64,000 bases of DNA from Coniocarpon cinnabarinum. Lineage: Eukaryota. Below the pieces are notes generated by a model. It did not search any database, was not told where the DNA came from, and saw only the letters and a program-made list of their open reading frames with translations. A program made the translations under genes and the position numbers. The stretch is taken from positions 62,001-126,000 of the forward strand of contig JAVECO010000043.1 of NCBI GenBank assembly GCA_051942205.1, in the 5' to 3' direction. Below, in pieces: positions 35,062-46,914 of the stretch. Position 1 is the first letter of the stretch. Each line of letters begins with the position of its first letter.

Positions 35062-35955
35062 CGTACGTGCTCAATGGTGGTCTCCTGCGCGCACTAAGCC
35101 ATATGCTTTGTTAAGGTGATCGGGACCGCATGAAATAGGCGGCTTGGGCGCAGACCACCGGTGGAGAACACGTCGATGTGAATAATCGGGCGTCAGTTTT
35201 ATTGCAAAGCGTGTCGAGGAGGCATTTAAGTTTTGCTAAATCTTGTACTGAATGATGTGGCCTGTCAATTGCAAATGCAAAGACTGCTGGACGCGTATTG
35301 AGGTTTGCTTACGTAAGCTTGGCGTTTCCTCGAGATGAAGTTGGGAGCTTTCCGAGCCCCTCTACTCTTCCAAAACTTCCATTCCCCTACTCACTCTCTC
35401 ATCCCCACAACTCTCGTCACTATTTCCACTACCACAGCTTTTCGACTCCTCAATAAATGACTTAAATCGTTTCGGCCATGCTTTGATGATCTGTGATGAA
35501 ATGAAGTTGGGCTGGTCGTTCAGGAGTGGTTAAAACACGTCCTCTATGGAGCAGTGGCCAGGTTTCAAGCAGGAATGAGCGAGTCCTTGAATCAGAACTT
35601 CTGCTGTCCGTTATCTGAAGCTCTCTGTTGGCATTGTACTCGCACAGGGCATTGAGGACCGCCAGTGCGGCCTATTTGCCGTTGCTGCCAGGCAAGGCGC
35701 TTGCATGGTGCGCGCTCTCCCGACAACATTTCCCTACAGCTGCGAGTGGCGTCCATCAACGCTGTCGCTCGCCACGAACATTCGCTTCCCAAATCCTTCA
35801 GGAACATTCACACAAGCCATTGGCATTCAAGAGAGATCGCAAAAAAGGCGGAACGCAGCGACTACGGTACACCCTTGAACTCTTTGCGCGTTGGAGGGGA
35901 TACATTGCCGGATTGTTATTAGCGGTGCCACGTTTCTTCCGGATGTTCCATTTTG

Positions 35956-38900
35956 ATGATGTCTAACTTTAGTAACTCGGAACATCACCAAATCACGTCC
36001 TCGTCTAATAATCCCAATTTCTTCAATAATGATGCCCTAAATGGCATCGAAGGCTTTGCCAATAGTAACGCAAATGACACGATCGACCAAAGCTGGGGAT
36101 TTGTCCCAAACCAGTACGATGTGTCCGGGAGCTCCGCGGCTGGTTGGCCTAACAATGTCTCACAACATCTACAACAAGCTTCCACCTTTCGGCCAGGCGC
36201 TCGACCAGATCAGACGATATCTTCGTCATCATTTCCTAGCGCTTTCACGGGAAGCGCAGCCAACAGTGGTTATGGCGCGAATGTTACAAACATTGGTAGG
36301 TACCCCCAACAGCACTATGATCCTTCCACCATTGCCCCCTCGCACCTAAGTAATGCTCCTGTAAATATCCCGAGTCGTTCGGCAAATCAGCCCAACAACA
36401 ACTATTTTGGGGGAAATAACAGCACCATTTCGCCGGAAGCATTGCAGAGTCGACCGCAGATTGCAACTCCACCTGCGCATTCTGTGGCACCTCAAATTTC
36501 TCAGGTACGTGAAAGAACGCTAAAGTTCGAGCAACATCAACATTTTGACATAATCTTTCCGTAGAATTATCAAAATGCGGGCGTGCTTCCCCGAAGTCGT
36601 CCGGCGCCAGACAGTCTGCCCAGGGGCGACGCTGTGGGGAATTTTACCGTGCTCAACACTGATCGATTGCGTCAAGTGTCAAGTTCTCGAGCCCTTGCGG
36701 CCTTTCTTGACGTTGGACAAGAGCCTTATGACTATCCAATCTCCAAGTCTTCTATCCCTCTCTATTTTCCTCGCAAGTCGAGAAATGAGATCAAGCGACT
36801 GCTAGCTAGTGACAGCAGATTGACGGCCAAGCTCAACAAGAAGCTCTCCAAAAAGTCAGGTCTGAGTGGAACTCAGAGCATCCCCGCACAGCTTGACTCA
36901 ACAGGCAAATTGACCACGCAAGGAGTCAAGAAAGAACAGGAATCGTCAAGCGACGAAACGTCTTCAGAAGACTCAGAGTTTGAGTCGTCCGACGATGAGT
37001 CACGCGGTCCCCCCATTCCGGCAACTCGACCTGTCAAGCCACGTGATGCCACTCGATATGACACCATTAAGTGCTTGTGGCGGCCTGAGAGCAAACCAGT
37101 CTCGGCTCAGGATATCCGTGATGGACTGAAAGGCTTCCATGAAATTTTGACCACGATCAAAGACAGGTGGAAGTCCGACAGCAATGCAGTCAAAGATGCA
37201 GAGGCGACGAAGAAAACGAACGAGGTTCCATTGCTCAAGGAGCGCGTCAAGAGTCAGCTCGACATGCTCGAAGCCGCTTTGAAAGCCGCGTCAGAGCTCG
37301 GTCACCCCGACATTCTGGATCAGTTAGTGTTCATGATCCACGTCCATAGAGGACACTTCCCAGCTAACTTGTGGTAGTTTTGGTGCATCTCTACCCAGCG
37401 TAGGCTCCATGGCCGTGTTCCTGCAAGACAGGGCCAAGGAGCAAGATTACAGTAGTCCCCTCGTGGTTGCACTGATGCAGGTAAATCTCGAATCTCTCCT
37501 GCTCCGATGCCAAGCCAATTCTAACGACGTGCACAGTTCTTAGCAAAGTGTAAATTGATAGATAGCGGAATATTGGAGAAGAGCAATGTAGGCAAACTTC
37601 TTTCGAGATTCTCCAAGCGGGGGGATGAAAAGGTCAAAGCACTGGCACGGCGGGTGGAGAACAACGCAGCCGTCACGACGAAGAAAAAGAAGGAGGCCCC
37701 GAAACCGCTGGCCAGGAGCTCGAGCGGCGACAAAGACACGAAATCCGAGAGCGGACCCAAGTCGCCACAATCAACCGCTGGAGTGAAGCGGCCACGCGTG
37801 TCTGAGTCTGGCGCGGGTGATCAGCCGGCGAAGAAAATGGCCGGGAAGGCAGGGGACGCATCTGGAGCACGAAAGGCCACCACTCCGGGCGCGGCACCTG
37901 CAAACAAGGCTGCGACGCCTGCTGTGGCCAAGTCGTCTAGTTTTATCTCGAGCTTACAGTCCGCCAAACGTCCCACTGTCAAGGCCGCTGGTGCTGGTGC
38001 TGGTGCTGGTGCTGCTTCCAGCCAAGCCAAGCCGCCCCCAACCAAGTATGTTGCCGTTCCGGTGGTGTCGTGGATGTGTCCCAATGCTAATCACGTGACA
38101 GATCTGCATCCGAAAGCAAACCAGCTGCTGCATCGGCTGGCGGCTTCTCCTTTGCATCTGTGCTCGCCGACGTCGAGCGCACCAAAGATGAAAAGCCAAA
38201 AGAGGCAAAGGTGGACGAAGGGCATGCTTCCGAAACACCAGAGCAGCGTGCTAAACGTCTTCGACGGGAATCACGCAGAAGCCTGCGAGTTTCGTTTAAG
38301 CCCGAGGACGCGCTGGTAGAAGTGCGCATCTTTGAACATGACCCAGAAGAAGAGCTTGGCCACGATGCGAGTCAAATGCGCGATGTCAATGACGTTGGCA
38401 ACGAAGGGAAAATGTTCAAACTGCATCAACAGCACCATGACATGATGGATATTGACGATGACGAAGAGATGGAGCAAGGCGCTGTCGAGCAGTCATGGCG
38501 CGATTGGAAACAGCTCAGAGTGATTGATTTCCAGGACGTGGCAGAGAAGGTCGCCGAGAATTTCATACCATATGGTGGTTCGCATGACCCTCAGAGCCCT
38601 GAAAAGACGGCTCAAGAAGAACGCGAAGCGAGCACCCTGGTGGCTGTCTATTCGGACCCGTCTCAGATACCCCCGAGCCCGCATGAACCTTCACCAAGCT
38701 CGGACAACATGGAAGTCGAGGCGAAGGAGTTTGGCACTCCTGATGCGATTGACAGTCGCATTGAAGAGGTCAAGAAGGTGCAACCTCGTGTGCCAGAGCG
38801 CCCGCAGAGCTCAACCTCACCAGACATCAGCGCCATTCTGAGTATGCTCAACCAAGGAGGCACTCCTGCTGCGCCCACCATGCAGCAGAGCAACGGTCAA

Positions 38901-39557
38901 TCTGCAGCGAATCTCGCCAATCTTATCAGCCAGATCCCCAATGTGGGCGCACCGCAACCCTACCCTGCAGCAGCGCCCATGCTGCCATCGCAACAGCCAA
39001 TACAGCCACCTGCAGCGCCAGACATGTCCGCTATTTTGTCCAGTCTCAATGCGGCCCAAAATCAACAGCCGCAACAGCCTCAAGCTACAAATACAACCGC
39101 GAACCAGCAGCCGCAAGTAGATATCTCGTCGCTTCTTGCTACTCTTGGCGGCGCTCAGCAAACACAGAATGCAGCACCGCCTCCACCTCCAACCATGTCT
39201 ATGCCACCATTCCCTAGTATGCCTGGCATGCAGATGCCCGAATTCAACGCGCAAGATCCCATGTGGCAAGCCGCGCACCAGTTCGCGTCTTCCAACATGC
39301 CCAACATGGAGAACATGTGGTCGCAGCAGCCACAGACCCAGCAACAAGACAACGGTGGCGGCATCTACGAGAACGAGGCGCGCAAGCGGTGGCGCGAGAG
39401 CAATGACGAGGACGCGGATGATCCGAACGGGTTCAAGCGGCAGAAACCGGGCAAGAAGGCGCCGAATCCTAAGAGTTTTTTCACGCAGGTGTGTAAGTAT
39501 TATAAGGAAGGCCGTTGCAACAAGGGTGCCGCGTGCACTTATCGGCATGAGGATTGA
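35956..39557 (+). CDS. PNUTS/Ppn1-like putative PP1 regulatory protein with C-terminal CCCH zinc finger; exons 35956..36504, 36565..37322, 37378..37480, 37537..38045, 38102..39557
   Basis: Four canonical introns join four ORFs in frame. TFIIS-N-like segment (ILEKSNVGKLLSRFSK), RVxF motif LRVSFKP at ~38286 and C-terminal CKYYKEGRCNKGAACTYRH. Confidence 0.8.
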
Positions 39558-39955
39558 GGTCGTGAGACCGTGGGAGGGATCTTGCCTTTCGTGGGAATGA
39601 CATGCGTGAGGTGCTTGCTTCAGGAGCTCTCCAGCAAGCTAAGAGCACATTTTGCGCCTATTATAGGTTTATTCAGCATCACTTAGTGGTGCAGTCGACA
39701 TTTGCACAAGCAATGATGTCAACATACGCTCATTGAATCGTTGAATACGTATTTCGTAATCAACTCATGATGTCTTCTCTCGTTGAGTAAGAGGCCCCTG
39801 CCTCACAGGAGCGTTGAAGTGTGTCCCAATCAGCATCTGCTATCGAAATTCTTGGCATGCATTCTCACACCATCCAACACCATCCTCACCCAATAGTCAA
39901 CTCCACTCGTCCTTGAAACTCTCACACTCTGGACTACCAGTTCGCAACCAAAGGC

Positions 39956-41266
39956 ATGGATCCCAACGCCCCCGCAGCGCATCCCGAATCAGAAATCTCT
40001 CCAATAAGATGGACACTCGCCTTCCTCTTCGTGGGCGCAGCGTGGGGGTTGACTACGCCGTTCATGCGGAAGGCGGCAGTCGGCTATACGCCGCCTGACC
40101 GTGGGACAGCCGGGGGCGAGGGACGGAATCGAGTCGTTGCTTTGATTCTGAAGGCTTTTTGGGGGGTTTGGGATGTTCTGAGGTAGGTTCGTTTTGTTAC
40201 GGGTTGTGCTAGGTTTAGGGTTTGGTTCGGCTTTGAGTTCGCAACGGGGTCGAGATTTGGTAGTCTAGTTCCCTTAATTCGAATTGGCTGGGTTAGGTGT
40301 TATGTTGTGTCTTGAGTTGGGAGCCAAGGCAGGGACTGTGGAAAACAAGTCAGTAGATGAGTTGTTTGTGTGAGGTGGAGGATCAGGACGAGTAGGATTA
40401 AGGGTTTGAGAGGTGATAACAGCTGATATCGTCGATTGTTGATACAACCACCAGTAGAGTCCAGTGGGCAACATGTCATTAGTTATAAGCCGCGTTGGAA
40501 GCTCCAGGTCTATGCATCGAGGAAGTGTGCGATCTCAGCTGCAGGATCTCGGAAGCGGATCAGGGGTGGTGCAAGCTTCAAACAACAGACGCTGACTCAG
40601 CTACAGGAGACCGGCTTATGCGATCCCTTTTCTCCTCAACATAACAGGCAGTGTCTGGTTTTTCATACTAGTTGGCAAAGCAGGTGAGCCGATCATTTCA
40701 CGACTCGTTCTCTGGGTATCAAAGCATAGGGTTATCTTCATTCTGCATGACATCCCGATGAGTCACAAGCGCTTGTCTATTTCTCGAAGTGTCGGTCTCT
40801 AATGCAACATCCGCGTGCCATTGATCGAGCTCTACGAGGTTATCGAAACATGCGAGAGTTCGGAGAGGACGCATCAGAAACTGACATGAGCAGAATTGAG
40901 CTTGACTGTTCCCATTACCAATTCTCTCGCATTCCTCTTCACAGTGCTGGGAGAATGGTATGCCGACTCCAAGATAATATCACGCGGTGAGTCTATCACT
41001 CTATATACTTTTCCCTTCCCACAAGGTCTTTACTCGGCAACGAAGTGTATACTTTATTCCTCAACTTCTGTGCTGTCAATATACGCGCTGGCCCACCGGA
41101 TACGCACGCTCTGCACATGCACACATAAATGCGTAACTCCTCAAGCTGATGCAAGAATGAAACGCACATCAATCCGTATGCAATTGAGCTGATCGTCACA
41201 GATACATGGATCGGCATGGCTCTAGTGCTTTTTGGAATCGCACTTTGTGTACACGCGAAGACGTAA
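39956..41266 (+). CDS. TMEM234: TMEM234-family small membrane protein; join(39956..40182,40607..40683,40894..40986,41202..41266)
   Basis: VGAAWGLTTPFMRKA / PAYAIPFLLNITGSVWFFILVGKAE / LSLTVPITNSLAFLFTVLGEW / DTWIGMALVLFGIALCV, with phase-compatible splice sites. Confidence 0.9.
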
Positions 41267-41899
41267 CTATCTTTCCGTCCAATCCAATGCGATTGTCAAC
41301 TTTACCAATAAGCAATCGGACAACTTTGTTGTGAATGTAAGGCACGTGACTGTGCCTCCGACCCAATCAGAGCTAGGGATCGTCCAGCTTCGTGGAAACA
41401 CCACTTGCGCTTTATTCCCGCAGATACTAGGGAAGGAGTCGAGCTTCACACACTTATAGCGCCTAATATACATTTACGGTCTATTTTACTCGAAGTGAAG
41501 TTGCATTGTGAGACAAGCAGAGGGTTCAGCTTTCGAAAGAAATGCTCAAAATGTAATAGTAGAGACACATGAATACAAGCTATCATAGCGCGAAGATGCG
41601 CCGCGCGCTATCTGCACGATATGCACTTTTATACATAGTTTTATTTCCTGGCAAAGAGCTGAAGCTTTTACATTCCTTTGGCAGCCGTGGGCGCTACGTT
41701 CTGATATGTGTAGCATCCCCTGACTACTACATAAACAACATACGTATTTCTCAAGGTTTTGACACAGTCTGAAAATACTGGTAGCAAGATTGCTCAACAG
41801 AGTCCTCACCGAGAGATCGGCGGTGCAGTAGCATTAATGTGCATTGAAGAACGACGTGATCGTCAATAGCCTGGAATCAGTGCAGCGGCACCCGCGTGT

Positions 41900-43307
41900 C
41901 TAGCGCATCCGGGTTGAACTCGGCTGGTGGTTTAGAGCCCCCGCGATTTGATCATCTGGATCATGTGCCGGGGGTGTCAGTTGACCTGTCGCATTTGCCC
42001 GCTGCCAGGTCCCTCTGGAACCTGTATCCTTCATCCTCTTCGTACCTTTCAAGGCGTTATAATAGATGTCGTGCAGTTCGCTACTGCGGAACAAAGCATC
42101 GTGGCCGTAAAACGTGCCATCGATACTCGAACATTTTACGTCATTCTTACATTGACTCCGCAGTATGTCTACTGTAACCAGACCTTAGAACTCTTTCGAG
42201 AAAGGAGACGGAGAGTTCAACGAGCTGTCTCACTTACTGCGATCCACTTTCCAGTTCGAGCCACCGTCTGTAGTGTACGGCAGCGAAGAATTTGAGTTTG
42301 CCAATTGCACCGTGTTGCCGAATTCTGGTGTCGACTGGTTCAATTGAATAGACAACGACGTGTATGTGTGTGCTGGTATTTGCACGTCTGCTTGACAGAG
42401 GCATTCAGTCTTGAACCAGATCTGTCGGGGCACATCGAGGCGCATCGACTCTAAGGCTGTAAATCTGTCAGATTGGCTCTCCATCCTTCTTTAGAGGCAC
42501 GAATCATGTAATCAAGAAAGCCGAACCATACCGGGATCTCCGCTGCCTATGAATTCGTCGTTGAAATCTATAAGTGAAGTCCCCTCGCTGTTAAATACTC
42601 TGAATATGGAATCCGGCTCCCATTCTTGGTCAGAAAATACGAAACCACGCAGATTCACTGGAATAGCTTAGGACTGATGCTGCGAAGATGTGACGATTCC
42701 AACGTACTGTTGATTGATAAGATTTCTTGTTGTGCAGGTGATATCAGGAGTGGTCTGGCTAGCTCTGACGAATTGCCTTTTTTGTAGTAGGACTGGAATG
42801 CACACCAGGCATCAGGCGTCTGGTCGCATCTATTCATCATCAGTGTATTGCGAACGACTCAGATATATTGACGTACATGTTCCAAGGACTTGCCGTGATT
42901 GGGACCTGCTGAAATGGTTGACTTGTGTTGGCGCTTCGATTTGGATTCCGGATGTCCTTTAATGTCCTTGTCAGCCACGGCGCAACATCACTTTATCCTC
43001 CCACATCTTCGGTACTCAGAGGTGACTATCGAGTTCGTACCGTGTGCTCTAGAGATGGATTGAGGATGGCTAATCCACCTGCCATATTTGGAGCAGCCGG
43101 GGGCGCTATCTCGAAAGTCACGTTCGTGATCAATATATCAAGATTCTGAGCTCCGATAGCCCACCATGAAGATCCAATCGATCTGGTTCCAGGAGGGAAT
43201 GGGGTAGAACATCCACCATCAGCAGTCCAGTCACAGAGCTCCTGACCAAGGACATTGGCGCAAAAGTGAAATACAACTAAGGAACAGAATGGCAGGCGGA
43301 ATTTCAT
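41900..43307 (-). CDS. Predicted secreted protein of unknown function, ~6 exons
   Basis: Signal peptide MKFRLPFCSLVVFHFCANVLG|Q. Exons can be joined in frame through GT-AG introns (CDQTPDAWCAFQSY; TECLCQ...IPAHTYTSLSIQL; TTDGGSNWKVDRI). Confidence 0.7.
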
Positions 43308-44989
43308 GGTGTTGCCAGAGACATCAAAAGGAAGTGAAAGCTACAAGCGAAGTACCAAATTGCTGCGAACAGCATAAGGTCCGCACGTGTCGCGAACGGG
43401 ATGGGTATGCGTAAGGTCAGTCTGGCAACAATCTAGAACGTGATCAGACTACTAGCAATCGCTGTAGGGACCGCACATTGAAATTGGGATCTTGAAAGGG
43501 GAATGAAGGCATTTATAAATCTTTCGCGAACCGCGGATAACGATACATTGTCACCCATGCGGATCGCAAGCACTGGTTGATGCAAGATGACTAGGACGGG
43601 ACGGAACAGCTCTCCTGTAACTTGTACGCCGTGTAACAACCGTTGACCGTGGCCACGCAGAACAGAAGTTTAGGGCTTCTATTCTCCATTCTGGGTGGAC
43701 TAAAAGCGGACCTAGTTGCAATGAGTGGAGAGATGCAGACTCGACGGGACGGTTTTTCCCAATCGAACTCATTGCTTTCGTGTTCGAAGCAGAATCACCG
43801 GATTCGTGCAATAGCGGGCATAATCTTGCGTCAACGTTCAAGCGCGACAGTCCACTGCTGTGAATCGATCTTACCTGTGTTTCCTCGCCTTCGTCCGACG
43901 GATAGAGCTGCGAAAAACATGGCGTGCATGTGTCCGCAGCTTGAAACATCATTCGCTCATAGTGATGAGCACAAGGCGCGCATGGCAGATGCCACTCACC
44001 ATGCTGACCACTCCTTTAAGGAGCAACTTCCGCGGGAGGCTCTACTTTGATTTGTGAAAATGAAGTGGCGCAGGAGGTTTGTGACAGCAGCGAGAGGACG
44101 AGGCGTCCGGAGAGATGTGCGGGCCAGATATTAAGGGGGTGTAGAAGCTTGATTGGAACCCCTTAGGTTACAAGATTACCTACCAGCATTCCAACCCCTG
44201 AGACTTTCTTTTTTCCGCTGCCTGGATCAGACGGCCGAAATGGATGTTTTGCAAGGCATTTTGTTTGACACTGGAGATCAAAAACGAGTGAGTGATAGTC
44301 CACGGAAAGCTTCGATATAAGCAGGATTGGACAGCCGCAGGAGGTCAACTCATGGCGTATACGATCACGTGCTCATATGCGCGTATATGCACGTGACATT
44401 CTTGAACATCGAGTATTCTCCCATGCAATCGCAATCTTAGCTTAGCAACCCGACGCCAGCCTTTCTCCTGCTTTCCAACGATGTTGCGACTCCAGGTCTT
44501 GAGACTGTACCACCACCGTCCCGAGAAGGCGAGAGGACGCTAGGGACGGGATCTGTGGTCGAATGGATGCGTCTGTGACTCCGTGGAGTCATCACACATG
44601 GCACGACGACCAAGATGACCGCGCCTCCGAGGCCACTTGCAGCATGAGCGTCCAGACGAGCCAAAGAAAAAATGGCGAGCGGAGCAGCTCTATTGGCGTC
44701 TCAGCTGAATCTTGCTGCCTAGGATGAGGGCCGTATCTGCAGAATGACAGGAGAAGTGCCGGGCCGGGAAAATATTCGTCGTTGGCAGTACAAGCAGGCT
44801 AATGGCCATGTCGGTGGACTGGAGTCTCCTTCCGAAGCCGTGCAGTGTAGCGGGATTGCTTTGGTATGCAGCCACCCCACTATAAACCAGGCCCAGCTGC
44901 TGCATATCTGAACGCTGGACTGGCTTTTGGATGCAAGCACATTCAACGACGAGCATGACAGGGTCCTTGAATTTTTCCGCGTCTCACTC

Positions 44990-46196
44990 ATGGCAAACAA
45001 GCGCATCTCTGAAGGTGCTGGTACATTACAGCACCAATACACCGGCGCGGTGGCCTTGATCGTGTTTGGGATCTGCTTTGTATCGTTGAAGATCTTAGCG
45101 CACTACATTCGCAACAAGAAGCGCGTGACCGTAGACCTCACGGACGGGCTTGCTATATCCGCACTCGTGGTCTTCGTTCTAATGTGTGCATCTGTTATTG
45201 GTGCGTGGTTCTCCCCGTTCAGACAGAGTAACACTAATCAGTGACCCTGCGAAGTGAATGCAAAGGCATACATGGCTTTTAACAACACAGACAACAAGGA
45301 GATCGAGAAGCGAAGCTACATCAGGGTCATGAAAACCTCTTATGCGATCAGCGTGCTATATCCATTGGCATCTTCTCTCCCCAAGCTTTCGCTATGCGGG
45401 CTGTACCTGAAGGTGTTTGGCTCGCGCCCTTGGCCAAGACGGGCTACGTATTCTATCATCGTGGTTCTCGTCTCCAATGCTGTCGCATGGCTCGTTCCAA
45501 CGATCATGGTCTGCCAGCCCATCTCAACCTTCTGGAGCATCGAAGGCCATCATAACAGCTGTCTCAATTACAACCTTCTGGGGACGTGGATCAGTCTGCC
45601 TAATATCATAACAGACCTGGCGATGCTGGTATTACCGATGCCGATCCTGTGGCAGACTCAAATGAGCGTGCCAAAGAAGCTGGGTTTAGTGATTACGTTT
45701 GCGACTGGCAGTGCCGGTCTTGTAGGGGCTTGTCTACGTTTGGCGTTATACGTCCACCGAACGTATTTTGAACGGCGTGACGCCATGATATCAACGAGTA
45801 AGTTGGACATAATTAGCGGGCTGCTTACCTTTTCTTGAGGCTCACACCTGGTCAGAGTCCGTCGCACTCGATGTTATAGTGACCTATATCGAGTGTGGCA
45901 TGTATCTCATTGCCGCCTGCTTGCCCTCACTTCGAGCGATGCTTGCCCAGCTCCACAGACTTCTCTCAACCAGCTTCTACTCATTCATGCAGAAGCGCTT
46001 TGCCTATCTGCCCGGCGACACCAACGGACTGGACAGAATGGCCGGAGCCCCAGACAAGATGCCCGCGGACAGAGTCTTCGTGAAATTAACAGGGATCGGT
46101 AACCTCGACACTCTGGCGCGCAAGGGCGAAGAGATCGGCCTCGGCTCAATGCCACAGGTGAGAGCATCAGTGAGTCCAGACCCATGGATCAACTGA
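44990..46196 (+). CDS. PTH11-like (fungal rhodopsin domain) membrane protein; join(44990..45200,45255..45797,45856..46196)
   Basis: PKLSLCGLYLKVF, CQPISTFW...C, NIITDLAMLVLPMPILWQTQMS..KKLGL..TF..G and IECGMYLIAACLPSLR. Confidence 0.92.
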
Positions 46197-46914
46197 TGCG
46201 TCCCCGTCCGCCGTCAGCAACCCAAAGGGCCACAGTTCTGACTCTGCTTGCGCTGGGATCTCCATTCGACCTCGTGGACGGCTGACGAGCGGGTGCGCGA
46301 AGCGCCAGAAGCCACTCGTGCACGTGCACGTCGCGATTCTGGGCAAAACTGTCGTGCTTGCAACGTAGCCAGGGTGGATGCGAATCCCGCCACACGAGCG
46401 CCTCCCGTTTCATAACGACGCTACCTCTAACCCCACCATCAACCCCCGCTGGCATCAAGCAGAGGAAAAGTGTCAACGTGGGTTGAAATCGGGGAGAAGA
46501 AGTGCGCGATCTCCAGGCAATGCGGCAGTCCCTATCATCTATTCGCGGTGTAGCAGTGGTATGGGTCCCAACTCGCCTTGGGACGGGTGAGAATATCATC
46601 AACTAAAGCGCAACTTCACATTGTAACGCATATTCTTGTCCCTTCATTTGCGTGAGTCTGGGGTCAAACAACTCTGTCGCTCGTGCTGTCTTGCGTACTC
46701 GTCATGGAAGTCGTGCACGCTGAGAACAGCTGTTTCTCCTTTGATTCAACACCCCTTGCTCCTATTCTCATTGCTGTTCTCGCTTTCAACGCCACTAGTC
46801 TTAGGTATATACCACTTTTCCTCGTCCTCGTGCGATGGCTTTATTATCCTGCATCCGTCAAGACGCGCGCTCATTGCCTCCTTCGTCATCTACGACGTTA
46901 GCGGGTCCGGTCCA

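Noticed and set aside
37985..38015. (GGTGCT)n microsatellite
   Set aside because: Encodes a Gly-Ala low-complexity linker; ordinary.
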